64,000 nucleotides of DNA from Candidatus Kapaibacterium sp. (GTDB lineage Bacteria > Bacteroidota > Ignavibacteria > Kapaibacteriales > UBA2268), in contig OY762428.1 of assembly GCA_963665665.1 (NCBI GenBank), positions 5,056,001 to 5,120,000 of the forward strand. The letters are read 5' to 3'. The stretch's first letter is position 1. Each line of letters opens with the position of its first letter. Both the position numbers and the translations under genes were made by a program. Of the stretch, positions 49,700 through 59,721 are shown in pieces. The notes beneath the pieces are model-generated. The model searched no databases. It was not told the origin of the DNA and was given only the letters and a program-made list of their open reading frames with translations.

Positions 49700-52690
49700 A
49701 TGGTATTAGCATCAAATAATAAGGACATGATGATGAAAAAATTTTTTACACTAATAATGTTAGCGGTGATTTTCACTTTCCCCGGAATTGTGCAGGCTCA
49801 GTACGAGCTTAGAAGTATTCCGCTTCTGATGGAACCTGAAAATACACTCAGGCCTGATCAGGTGGATCTTGTCAGAAAGAATGTTCATAACTACGTTAAA
49901 GGCTTGCCGCTGGACCCGAAAGATGCAAAAGATTTTGCAAAGAATCCCCCAAGGGAAAGAATACAGGCTAACAATGGCTTTGAACTTATTAATTGTTCGA
50001 ATGCACCGGATGGGCAACATGAAACATGGATTGCCATAAATCCTACTGACGAAAAAAACATTATAGCCACTTCCAATGACAGCCGCTACCTTGTTCCTTC
50101 CGGGAAATACAAGATGCCTGCTTTTGTAACTACAGATGGTGGTGAAACATGGACAGAAACAACAACCCCGTCCAATATGGATATTTTTGTTGAGACACCT
50201 GCAAATCAATGGGCTCTTACAATTTTTGACCCTGGAATTACTTTTGATTCCAGGGGATGGGCATATTATTCCTATGGCTATACGCAAACAGTTGAGGAAG
50301 ATAAAAATGAAAACGGTGTTTTTGTTTGTGTAAGTAAAGATAAAGGCCTGACATGGGAAGGCCCTTATGCAGTAAGGGTAGAAACCGGTATAGGATTTCT
50401 TCCATTCCACGACAGGTATACAATTGCTGCCGATTATTTCCATACCTCTCCGTACAGAGACAATGTTTATATTACCTGGATGAATTTTGACAATTTTAAC
50501 CCCGGAATTATGTTTTCAAAATCAAATGACGGTGGAGAAAACTGGACCAGAATGTCTTATGTGCCCGGTGGAAATTTGCGTGAAGGCGAACAGGCTCCCG
50601 TACCATGTGTTAGTAAAAATGGTGATATTTATGTTGTTTTCAGGGCTAAGGGGTCAACAGAAAACCAGACTGTTGCAAAATTTGTCAAATCAACAGATGG
50701 TGGTGAAACATGGGTAGGTGAAGCAAAAGCTATTCAGAATGTTTACAATCCCGGAGTAAAATATTTAACAAGGTTTGTTTTCGAGGACAAACAAAATATC
50801 AGGGTATCTGCCATTCCGGAAATTGCCGTTGATAATTCAAATGGCCCAAGGCAGGGCTGGATATATGTTATCCAGGCCGGAAGGGAAACAATCCAGGGTA
50901 AATATGGTATTTACATGGCTGTGTCGAAAGATGGCGGCGAAACATGGAAAAGCAACATCAGGATTGATGATGCCACTGAAAGAAATGATATGATGTTCCC
51001 GGCAATTGCCGTGGACGATAAAACCGGCGCTGTAATGGTATTTTATTACTCGTCCCAGAATGATCCTGAAAATAAGGGTATAGACGGTTATATTGCTTAT
51101 TCACAGGACGGTGAGAATTTTACAAATGTAAGGCTTACACCGGAAACCTGGTATTTAACCAGTACAAACGATGTTGCCCCGCAGGGTTCTGCAAGTAATA
51201 TTTATTGGGGTGATTATACATCAATGGCAGCAAAGAATGGTAAATTCTATCCTCTTTTCTGGATGCCTGAACCTGTTACAGGGAATTTCAGCCGCCTTGA
51301 TTTGTTTACTTCCGTTTTGTCACTTCTTCCAAATCCTCCGGAGAATTTCAGAGCCAAACCAGACTTTGAAAATCCCGGACAGATAGAAATTTCATGGATC
51401 GATCCTGATGGAACGAGCCTTGGAACTGATCTTGGAAATTTCAAAATGCATTTGTATCGTGATAATGAACTGCTCGTTGAAGTTGATGCCGGGGTTCAGT
51501 CATATACTGATAAAGGGCTTGAATCCGGAAAGAAATATGTTTACAGCCTTGTAGCCAAATCTGACCTTGGCTATAGCGACAGAGTATATGCCGGTGCTTA
51601 TGCAGGTGGCAATCCTTTGGCTTATGCCCCGGAATTAATTGCAGCCAAACCTGCCGATAACGGAATAATGGTTGAATGGAGAAATCCTATGTACCACGTG
51701 GACAGTACCGTGGCCGGCGATATTAAAACAATTGAAATATACGTTAACGGCGAAAAGGCAACCGATGTTGAAGGTACGCTGAATGCCGGTGATGTCATGA
51801 CTGAACTTATCACACTTGAAACCGAGAAATTTTATGATGTAACAGTAAGGGCTATTACTGCAAGAGGTGACAGTACTTATGAAAGTTTATTTTCAAATGA
51901 AATGATGGGCTATGCAGGAGCTCCGTTTGCAGAGCTTGACGAGAATTTTGATAATGTTTCTGAAATGATCCCTTATTTTACAGACGGCTGGGCTATTACA
52001 AATGTAGTATCGGTTTCTGAACCTAACTCAATAACAGATTCTCCGGACGATGATTACGGAGAAGGTGAAAACAGATTGATCTTTGCCCCGGTTGTTGTAA
52101 ACTCAGAAAATACCACACTGCATTTTGATCATATTGGGATTATTGATAATACTATTTCCGATATGGGCAGAGTGATGATAACTAATAATTTTGGTAAGTC
52201 ATGGAAACACCCGCTTTGGGTTCAGCTTGATAATTACCCGGAAAAATGGTCCAAAGATATTACTGAGTGTGAATGGGTAAGTGAAACAATAGATCTTACT
52301 GAATTTGTTGGTGATACGGTTTTTGTTCAGTTCCAGTTGGTTTCCAATGCTTTCAGGAATGAAGACGGCTGGTATATTGATAATCTGGGAATCGATAACA
52401 GGCCAGTTGGTGTTGATGATATGCCATCTGTGAGCTTCAGGACAAATATTTATCCTAATCCGGCAGAAAACATTGCATCACTGTCTGTTGACTTATCTCG
52501 TCCGGCAAATGTTAGTATTGAAGTATTCAACAGCTACGGATTGAAAATTATTGATATTCCTTCTGCCGATATGACAGTTGGTAATTCAGTGTTCAATTTC
52601 GACCTGAATGATAATGCTTCGGGTTCCTACTATTGCAGGATAAAAGTTGATAATCAATATCAGACTATTCCTTTTGTAATTGCAAGGTAA
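49700..52690 (+). CDS. Sialidase-like/BNR beta-propeller protein with Fn3 domains and T9SS CTD
   Basis: IAINPTD, S/TxDGGxTW Asp-boxes, YWGDY, Fn3 YTDKGL, CTD IYPNPA...SGSYYC. Confidence 0.82.
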   Translation: MVLASNNKDMMMKKFFTLIMLAVIFTFPGIVQAQYELRSIPLLMEPENTLRPDQVDLVRKNVHNYVKGLPLDPKDAKDFAKNPPRERIQANNGFELINCSNAPDGQHETWIAINPTDEKNIIATSNDSRYLVPSGKYKMPAFVTTDGGETWTETTTPSNMDIFVETPANQWALTIFDPGITFDSRGWAYYSYGYTQTVEEDKNENGVFVCVSKDKGLTWEGPYAVRVETGIGFLPFHDRYTIAADYFHTSPYRDNVYITWMNFDNFNPGIMFSKSNDGGENWTRMSYVPGGNLREGEQAPVPCVSKNGDIYVVFRAKGSTENQTVAKFVKSTDGGETWVGEAKAIQNVYNPGVKYLTRFVFEDKQNIRVSAIPEIAVDNSNGPRQGWIYVIQAGRETIQGKYGIYMAVSKDGGETWKSNIRIDDATERNDMMFPAIAVDDKTGAVMVFYYSSQNDPENKGIDGYIAYSQDGENFTNVRLTPETWYLTSTNDVAPQGSASNIYWGDYTSMAAKNGKFYPLFWMPEPVTGNFSRLDLFTSVLSLLPNPPENFRAKPDFENPGQIEISWIDPDGTSLGTDLGNFKMHLYRDNELLVEVDAGVQSYTDKGLESGKKYVYSLVAKSDLGYSDRVYAGAYAGGNPLAYAPELIAAKPADNGIMVEWRNPMYHVDSTVAGDIKTIEIYVNGEKATDVEGTLNAGDVMTELITLETEKFYDVTVRAITARGDSTYESLFSNEMMGYAGAPFAELDENFDNVSEMIPYFTDGWAITNVVSVSEPNSITDSPDDDYGEGENRLIFAPVVVNSENTTLHFDHIGIIDNTISDMGRVMITNNFGKSWKHPLWVQLDNYPEKWSKDITECEWVSETIDLTEFVGDTVFVQFQLVSNAFRNEDGWYIDNLGIDNRPVGVDDMPSVSFRTNIYPNPAENIASLSVDLSRPANVSIEVFNSYGLKIIDIPSADMTVGNSVFNFDLNDNASGSYYCRIKVDNQYQTIPFVIAR

Positions 52691-52710
52691 CAATAGCAAA
52701 TAATTAGAAA

Positions 52711-52745
52711 AAATGCTTCCTGAAATAGTTCGGGAAGCATTTTTA
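52711..52745. terminator. Bidirectional terminator
   Basis: AAATGCTTCC...GGAAGCATTT between convergent genes. Confidence 0.7.
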
Positions 52746-52766
52746 ATTTATAAATTATTAAAAAAA

Positions 52767-53120
52767 TCAGCTTAATAGCTTTTCGTTGATTTCATCAACT
52801 GCTTCATCAATCGTAGGGGCATAGTCAAACAATGTTTCTATCTGTGATATATCCAGCAATGTTTGAACCATTGGTTGTATGCCAACCAGGTAAACCGGGA
52901 TTTCATGGTCTTTAAGTTGCCTGTTGGCAAGTAGCAGTGCGCCGAGCCCGGAGCTGTCAATTAGTTCTACTGTTGTTAGGTCGATAACCAGTGCGTCAAT
53001 GTTCGGTTGGCAAACTATAAGTAATTCGGCTTTGAATTTTGGTGAAACTTCTGCATTTAAGCTACGGTGTTTCAAAGCAAAAATTACTATTTTGTCTCTG
53101 CGTTCGATAGTGTAATTCAT
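52767..53120 (-). CDS. STAS-domain anti-sigma factor antagonist
   Basis: IDLTTVELIDSSGLGALL. Confidence 0.9.
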   Translation of the reverse strand: MNYTIERRDKIVIFALKHRSLNAEVSPKFKAELLIVCQPNIDALVIDLTTVELIDSSGLGALLLANRQLKDHEIPVYLVGIQPMVQTLLDISQIETLFDYAPTIDEAVDEINEKLLS

Positions 53121-53162
53121 ATTTCTTATTTTTGTTTTTTAAAAACAACTTTTTTCAATTAT

Positions 53163-54215
53163 ATGAAGATATTAAATAAATCTATTTTAAACAACATTTT
53201 AATTATCAGATTAAGTTCGATGGGGGATGTAATCATTGCAACCCCGCTTATAAGGCTGATAAATCAGAAATTTCCCGACGCGAAAATTGATTTTGCAGTG
53301 GCACAAAATTTTGCGGACATTTTAAAATACAATCCACGGATTAACAATATTTATCACTATGATAAATCCATTCCACGGAATATGCAGAAAGAATCCAGGA
53401 ATAAATTTCTTAGTGAAATCAATTTAAAACAATATGACCTGCTTATAGACCTGCAGAAAAACATACGTTCATATCAGTTTTCTTCCGGAATATTTAAAAG
53501 CAAAGTAAGCATGAATAAAAACCGGCTTCATAAACTTAGCCTGGTTTATTGTAAAAAGCCTTTAAAAAGTGGTTTAAGGGTTGCTGAGGAATATATCAGG
53601 ACTGTTGACGAACTTGGCGTTAAACCGGATAAAAAATGCCCTGAGATCTGGTTGCAATCTGATTTAGACAGCGGCAGGTATCTTCCTCACTTCAGGAAAC
53701 AAACAAATGAAATAAAAAATATTGTGATTGCACCGGGAGCACATCACTATACCAAGCAGTGGCCTAAAGAAAAATTTGCTGCTCTCGTGAAATTATTAAT
53801 TGAAAAATATAATTGCAGTATAAAACTGACAGGGGGGAATGCTGACGTGCAAATCTGCGATGACATTATCCGGCAGTGCGGGATGAATATTGAAAATATA
53901 GCAGGCCGGACAGATATTATTGGTACAACGGAGTTGATCGATAAATCTGATCTTGTGATTTCAAACGATACGGGAGTAATGCATATTGCTTCTGCAAGGA
54001 ATGTTCCTGTTGCAGCGATCTTTGGTTCAACTGTTCCGGAACTTGGATTTTCACCGTATAATGTGAAGCATGAGATTGTGCAGAAGAGTATTAAATGCAG
54101 GCCTTGCACTCATATCGGCAGGGCGGAATGCCCCAAAGGCCATTTTGACTGCATGAAAAAAATTGAACCTTCTGATATTATTATGGCTGTTGAAAAACTG
54201 TTTTCCCGCAGCTGA
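53163..54215 (+). CDS. Glycosyltransferase family 9 (LPS heptosyltransferase-like)
   Basis: IIRLSSMGDV, PGAHHYTKQWP, NDTGVMHIASA, FGST, CRPC. Start moved to ATG 53163. Confidence 0.9.
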   Translation: MKILNKSILNNILIIRLSSMGDVIIATPLIRLINQKFPDAKIDFAVAQNFADILKYNPRINNIYHYDKSIPRNMQKESRNKFLSEINLKQYDLLIDLQKNIRSYQFSSGIFKSKVSMNKNRLHKLSLVYCKKPLKSGLRVAEEYIRTVDELGVKPDKKCPEIWLQSDLDSGRYLPHFRKQTNEIKNIVIAPGAHHYTKQWPKEKFAALVKLLIEKYNCSIKLTGGNADVQICDDIIRQCGMNIENIAGRTDIIGTTELIDKSDLVISNDTGVMHIASARNVPVAAIFGSTVPELGFSPYNVKHEIVQKSIKCRPCTHIGRAECPKGHFDCMKKIEPSDIIMAVEKLFSRS

Positions 54216-54737
54216 TTATCTTTTCAGCTCCCATACCGATTTTTTCAGCATACTCTTAAATATCATTGTATGGAAAGGTTTTATTATTGAAAAATACCAC
54301 CTGCCAATACTATTTTTAAACCTGACACGAGTTGAAGCTGATAAATGATAATTATTCTCGCCATGGTCATCCAGAATTACTGACATCGTAAAATCCAGGT
54401 GGCTGTCGTCCTCGTAGAAAACAACTTCACTGTCATTCATATCCCTGATCTCCCACATTCCGAATTTTTTTTCTTTCCGGAAGTTATCCGCCGACAGGCT
54501 TTTATAAAAATTGGAACTGCCGCCGCGCAATCCGATTATTTTAACAATAAAATCCCTGATGCGAAACATACCAAGAACCCAGTCCGGAAGGGTAGTGAAC
54601 ATTGCTTTTGCCGCGTCGAATAACTCAATATCTCTGTGCGTTTGGAACCTTACACCGTAGGAATCCTGAAAATTTGTCCTTCTGATAATTTCACAGGCTA
54701 ATTTATGGCGTTGGCTGTCTTGTTTCAATACTATCAT
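54216..54737 (-). CDS. DUF2867-like protein
   Basis: PDWVxxxFRIRDxIVK, DDSHLDF, GRWYFSIIKPFH. Confidence 0.75.
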   Translation of the reverse strand: MIVLKQDSQRHKLACEIIRRTNFQDSYGVRFQTHRDIELFDAAKAMFTTLPDWVLGMFRIRDFIVKIIGLRGGSSNFYKSLSADNFRKEKKFGMWEIRDMNDSEVVFYEDDSHLDFTMSVILDDHGENNYHLSASTRVRFKNSIGRWYFSIIKPFHTMIFKSMLKKSVWELKR

Positions 54738-55073
54738 CTAATTTCTTCTTATCTTATCATTGAAATGAAAACCTGATTTTGTAAAAATACGTTATTTTCG
54801 TGAGATGGTAATGTTGTTTCGGGAAAAAATATTGAATCTTCAGATAGAATTCTATCGAACAGTATGGAAATTCTTTTCCTGATAAACCATAAAATGACAG
54901 ATAATTCTGAGCCGGCAAAAATAAAAAATGGTTGGTTGGACTCTAATCAGGTGAGTATGTTTTTTAACCATCAACTGCCATTGTAATACTATGATAATAT
55001 TGCTATTAATGCCGTTTGTGCATCATGCGGAAACGATTTATCACGCTTAGAATACCTTGTTTTGTGCAATAAT

Positions 55074-55451
55074 AGCGTTCCCTCGTGCTTTCCGAGCGAT
55101 GGTTTGTGCTTTCCGAGTATTCCCCCAAGCTTTCCGAGCATTCCTCCGTGCTTTCCGAGCGTTCCCCCGTGCTTTCCGAGCATTCCCCAATGCTTTCCGA
55201 GCGTTTCCCCGTGCTTTCCGAGCGTTTCCCCGTGCTTTCCGAGCGTTCCCCCGTGCTTTCCGAGCGTTCCCCCAAGCTTTCCGAGCGCTTGTTTGTGTTA
55301 TCTTAGGCTTGGTATGTGCCGTCTTAGTATTGGTTCATGTCGTCTTAACCTTGGTTCGTGTCGTCTTAGCCTTGGTATGTGCCGTCTTAACATTGGTTCG
55401 TGCCGTCTTAGCATTGGTTCGTGTCATCTTAGAGTTGGTTCGTCCTTTCCA
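55074..55451. repeat. Two-block 21-bp minisatellite, 18 units
   Basis: Ten units like AGCGTTCCCCCGTGCTTTCCG, then eight like AGCATTGGTTCGTGCCGTCTT, in exact 21-bp register. Confidence 0.92.
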
Positions 55452-55890
55452 AGACATTTTTTCAGGTAAAATTTTACTCAGAAAATACAGAGTTTCACTT
55501 TTTTTATATAGAAATTCGTTCTATTAGATTGGCCGATCCCTATTTTCAATTGATGTTTTGGTACGGAAGGGCCGGTATTTGTTTTTTCCGGGTGAATATT
55601 GGATATACAAACATTGAAGTTTACTATGCCCGGCAAAGTTGATGATTCTTTAGCACATTGTATCAGAACTTCAGTCCATATAATGTTTCCTGCCACAGCT
55701 TTGATTATTCGATTACACTAACTGACCGCTCCCAAAGAGGCAGTCTCAATATTCAGAATTTTTGCGATTTGTTATTCCCCAATAAATCCCCGACCCATCG
55801 GGGCATACTGAGGGTAAGGCGTCTTTGGGGAGGTTAAAATCGCTGATTGTTTCGTTCCGGAATCAGTGTTTTTTAAAAATTTCAAACATA

Positions 55891-55920
55891 AAAAAAGCCC
55901 GAATTCTTATCCGGGCCTTA
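55891..55920 (-). terminator. Terminator of sucA/kgd
   Basis: GCCCG...CGGGC stem with an A6 run (T-tract on the minus strand). Confidence 0.6.
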
Positions 55921-55943
55921 ATAAAAATTGTTAAAGAAAAGAA

Positions 55944-58900
55944 TTATTCGAAAGCTTTTTCAAGAAGTTCCCTTTGCTCTATAACGTGCTTGGTATATGA
56001 ACCGGTGGCAGTACTTGCACTTTCTTTCCTGGCAGAAACATTAAGTTTATGCCGCTTCAGAAGAAGGCCAGACAGCCGGGGCATAATATAATACCATGCG
56101 CCCATATTTATCGGTTCTTCCTGAACCCAGACAAATTCACTGACTTTGGAATACTTCCTGATGATCGATTTCATAACCTTTTCATCGAAAGGATAAAGCT
56201 GTTCAACTCGAACAATAGCAACATCATTGATTTCTTTAGCATTAATATACTCAATAATGTCGTGATATATCTTTCCGGTGCAAAGCAGGACTTTCCTTGT
56301 TTTCTCAGGTTCGGGGTTTCCTTCGTCGATAATAGTTTTAAAACCACCGCTGATAAATTCTTCAACAGGTGAAACAGCCGTGGCTGTTCTAAGCATACTT
56401 TTCGGAGTCATAAGAATTAGTGGTTTTCTCCATTCTGCATTTACCTGGCGGCGCAGCAGATGGAAATACTGAGCCGGAGTACTCAGGTTGCAGACTATCA
56501 TATTCTCGTCCGCACATGTCTGAAGATGCCTTTCCAGCCTGGCACTGGAATGTTCAGGCCCCTGGCCGTCGTAGCTGTGGGGGAGAAGCATTACCATGTT
56601 TGATACCTGGTTCCATTTTGTTTCAGCGCATGACAGGAATTGATCGACAATTGGCTGCGCCATGTTTGCAAAATCGCCGAACTGTGCTTCCCATAAAGTT
56701 AAAGCCTGAGGTTTAACTACACTATATCCGTATTCAAATCCCAGAACTCCCATTTCCGACAGGGGACTGTCATATATTCGAAGAACACCCTGTTCGTCCC
56801 GGATTTTGTTCAGAGGGATATACATTTCCTCGGTCATTGTATCGAAAAGAGCCGCATGGCGCTGGCTAAATGTTCCGCGCCTTGTATCTTCACCCGAGAA
56901 TCTGATATCTCTGCCTTCTGTAAGAATTGTACCAAAGGCAAGAAGTTCAGCCATAGCCCAGTCTATTGAATTTACTTTGGGTTCGATCATTGACGCGCGT
57001 TTTTTCAATAGCGATAATACTTTCTTGTGTGCTTTGAATCCTACCGGAACTGTAGTTAAAGTTTGCGTAATTTCTTCAATCAGGTTTTCTTTAACAGAAG
57101 TTTTTACAGGCTTGAAAATATCGCCGGAATTATATTTTACTAATTCTTTGTTATCAGCGGCTTTTCCTTTTTTGCGTGATTTATATGCATCTTCAAGGCC
57201 TGCTTTAATTTTTCCTGTAACTTCTTTGATCCTGTCATTATTAAGAACTTTCTCCGCAATAAGTTCCTTTTCGTATTTTTGCCTTACACCGGCCATAGAC
57301 TTTATCTTTTTGTAAAGCAGGGGCTGAGTGTATGCGGGTTCATCTGCTTCGTTATGCCCGTATTTTCTGAAGCTGAGAATATCGAGTATCACATCGCTTC
57401 CGAATTTTTCCCTGTAAAGGAAAGCAAATTCAGCTGCTGCAATTACAGATTCCGGTTCGAACCCGTTCACGTGAATGATAGGAACCTGTATCATTTTTGC
57501 AATATCGGTAGCATATACCGAAGATCTGGATGATTCAACGGTTGTGGTAAAACCTATCTGGTTATTAATAATAATGTGTATTGTTCCGCCGGTTTTATAG
57601 CCGTCAAGCTGGGACAGGTTAAGGGTTTCTGCAACAATTCCCTGTCCGGCAAAAGCAGCATCGCCATGTATAAGAACCGGCAGGTTGTTTTTATGATTTT
57701 TATCTTCAATTTTGTTGTTCAGTGCCCTTGCCATTCCTTCAACAACAGGATTGACAAGTTCGAGGTGGCTGGGATTGGGAGCAAGGAGCACATCAATTTT
57801 TTTATCCTTTTTAGTTTTGTATCTGCCACTGGCTCCAAGGTGGTATTTTACATCACCCGATCCTGAATAGAGAGTAGTGTCTATATCATCATCAAATTCA
57901 TCGAATACCTGCTTCATATCCTTGCCAATATTATTTACAAGAACATTCAGACGCCCCCTGTGAGCCATTCCAAGCACAACGGAATTTAGTTCCTTTTCAG
58001 CGGCATTTCTGAAAATTTCATCAAGCAGAACAATTATAGATTCGCTGCCTTCAAGCGAAAAGCGTTTATGCCCTACATACTTGGTATGAAGGAAATTTTC
58101 GAAAGATTCAGCTTCTGCTAACTTGTTATATATTTCAATTTTCTCATCATTTGAAAAAATTCTGGTATTTTTACTGCCTTCAAGATAACGTTTTATCCAT
58201 TCTTTTTTATCAGGGGTCTGAATATGCATAAATTCAACACCTATCGGGCCGCAATAAGTTTCCCTGACTGTTTCAATTATTTCCCTGAGCGGGAGATTAT
58301 TCTTCTGCCATGAATCATCTGCGTGGAACTGCCTGTCCAGATCCCAAATCGTGAAGCCGTAATATGCCGGGTCAAGCTCCGGGTAATAATAAGATTCCTG
58401 CCCAAGCGGGTTTATTGAAGCCAGAAGGTGTCCCCTTACTCTGTATGCATTTATCATCAGCATGGCATGGGCCCCTTTTTCTATCATGTCGTCATTAACG
58501 AAGGTTCCCGGCTTTGCGGAAGAATACTTGTCAACTGTCCACCTGATAGGTTCAAACGGGATTTTCAGAGCTGCAAATATCTGGTCATAAAAATGCTTTT
58601 CTCCAATTAATAGCTTGTTTACGTAAGCAAGAAATTCCGCCGACTCGGCACCCTGGATTATTCTGTGGTCGTAGGTATTAGTCATTGTAACAACTTTTGA
58701 AACTGCCAGGTTAGTCAGCATATCAGGCCTTACAGCCTGCAATTCCGGAGGATAGTTTATTGTTCCCGAGGCAATGATCATACCCTGGCCTTTCATCAAG
58801 CGGGGATTGGAAAAGCTGGTTCCAATCATACCGGGGTTTGTAAGCGTAACAGTTGTATCCATAAGGTCGGAAATATCAAGCTTATTATTTCGGCTTTTAT

Positions 58901-59516
58901 TGATAATATCATTGAATGCTTCGATGAATTCCGAAAAATTCAAATCCTGAGCATTCTTCACATTAGGAACAAGAAGAAGCCTTGAGCCGTCTTTTTTTTC
59001 AACGTCTACGGCAAGGCCTGCGTTTATTGATTTTCTTCTTATTCTGAATGGTTTTCCGTCTTTGCGGACAAACGCATCGTTCAGCCGGGGATACTTTATA
59101 AGTCCCTTAACAATTGCCCAAAGAATTATATGGGTAAAAGATACCTTTGGGCGTTTCATCTTCAGAAGATATTTATTAATGATCCTGCGATTTTCATCCA
59201 GAGCTTTTACCGGCATGGTTCTTACCGACGTAGCAGTTGGAACCGTCAGGCTTTCCTCCATGTTGACTGATATTTTGGCCGGGATGGGAGAAAGTGGTTC
59301 AAGCGATTCATAACTCTTAAGTTTGATTTCATCTTCAGGCTGATCAAGTGGCTCAGGTTTTGATTCAGTATTGCTTTTTGCTTGATTTTTTACTACAAAA
59401 GCTGATTTTCCGTGGATCTTTTTAAAATATTCCTGCCATTCTTTGCTTACCGAATCAGGATCCTGCAGATATTGAAAATATAACTCTTCTTCAAACGCGT
59501 TGTTAGGACCTATCAT
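55944..59516 (-). CDS. sucA: Multifunctional 2-oxoglutarate dehydrogenase (E2-like acyltransferase domain fused to E1; Kgd/OdhA type)
   Basis: N-terminal TNPGMIGT...TYDHRIIQGAES acyltransferase domain; E1 motifs KRFSLEG, GMAHRGRLN, HGDAAFAGQG, WEAQFGDF, GPEHSSAR. Confidence 0.92.
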   Translation of the reverse strand: MIGPNNAFEEELYFQYLQDPDSVSKEWQEYFKKIHGKSAFVVKNQAKSNTESKPEPLDQPEDEIKLKSYESLEPLSPIPAKISVNMEESLTVPTATSVRTMPVKALDENRRIINKYLLKMKRPKVSFTHIILWAIVKGLIKYPRLNDAFVRKDGKPFRIRRKSINAGLAVDVEKKDGSRLLLVPNVKNAQDLNFSEFIEAFNDIINKSRNNKLDISDLMDTTVTLTNPGMIGTSFSNPRLMKGQGMIIASGTINYPPELQAVRPDMLTNLAVSKVVTMTNTYDHRIIQGAESAEFLAYVNKLLIGEKHFYDQIFAALKIPFEPIRWTVDKYSSAKPGTFVNDDMIEKGAHAMLMINAYRVRGHLLASINPLGQESYYYPELDPAYYGFTIWDLDRQFHADDSWQKNNLPLREIIETVRETYCGPIGVEFMHIQTPDKKEWIKRYLEGSKNTRIFSNDEKIEIYNKLAEAESFENFLHTKYVGHKRFSLEGSESIIVLLDEIFRNAAEKELNSVVLGMAHRGRLNVLVNNIGKDMKQVFDEFDDDIDTTLYSGSGDVKYHLGASGRYKTKKDKKIDVLLAPNPSHLELVNPVVEGMARALNNKIEDKNHKNNLPVLIHGDAAFAGQGIVAETLNLSQLDGYKTGGTIHIIINNQIGFTTTVESSRSSVYATDIAKMIQVPIIHVNGFEPESVIAAAEFAFLYREKFGSDVILDILSFRKYGHNEADEPAYTQPLLYKKIKSMAGVRQKYEKELIAEKVLNNDRIKEVTGKIKAGLEDAYKSRKKGKAADNKELVKYNSGDIFKPVKTSVKENLIEEITQTLTTVPVGFKAHKKVLSLLKKRASMIEPKVNSIDWAMAELLAFGTILTEGRDIRFSGEDTRRGTFSQRHAALFDTMTEEMYIPLNKIRDEQGVLRIYDSPLSEMGVLGFEYGYSVVKPQALTLWEAQFGDFANMAQPIVDQFLSCAETKWNQVSNMVMLLPHSYDGQGPEHSSARLERHLQTCADENMIVCNLSTPAQYFHLLRRQVNAEWRKPLILMTPKSMLRTATAVSPVEEFISGGFKTIIDEGNPEPEKTRKVLLCTGKIYHDIIEYINAKEINDVAIVRVEQLYPFDEKVMKSIIRKYSKVSEFVWVQEEPINMGAWYYIMPRLSGLLLKRHKLNVSARKESASTATGSYTKHVIEQRELLEKAFE

Positions 59517-59721
59517 AGTTTATCAATTAATGTGAATAAATTTTACCCTCTCTGACGTTAATATAATAGGTTTATTAAATAATACTAAATATTTTTGTAT
59601 TGAAATTAAAAATAATTCCAAAATATCTTGCAAATCAGCAGTATTCGTAGTAATTTTCGGCACGGATTATGCTGTTTTACAATATTGATGTTGATTGATT
59701 TTAAAGATTGAGCAGGAAGAA

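Noticed and set aside
55074-55451. Possible CRISPR array or DGR template/variable repeat
   Set aside because: Units are contiguous with no unique spacers, and no cas or reverse transcriptase gene is in the window.
54989-55527. Five overlapping ORF-track ORFs across the minisatellite
   Set aside because: Open frames are expected from a 21-bp repeat, and none has a recognisable domain or clear RBS.
55729-55832. Possible MITE/REP element (CTCCCAAAGA...TCTTTGGGGAG, CCCCGA...TCGGGG)
   Set aside because: Short imperfect inverted repeats, a single copy in the window, and no target-site duplication seen.
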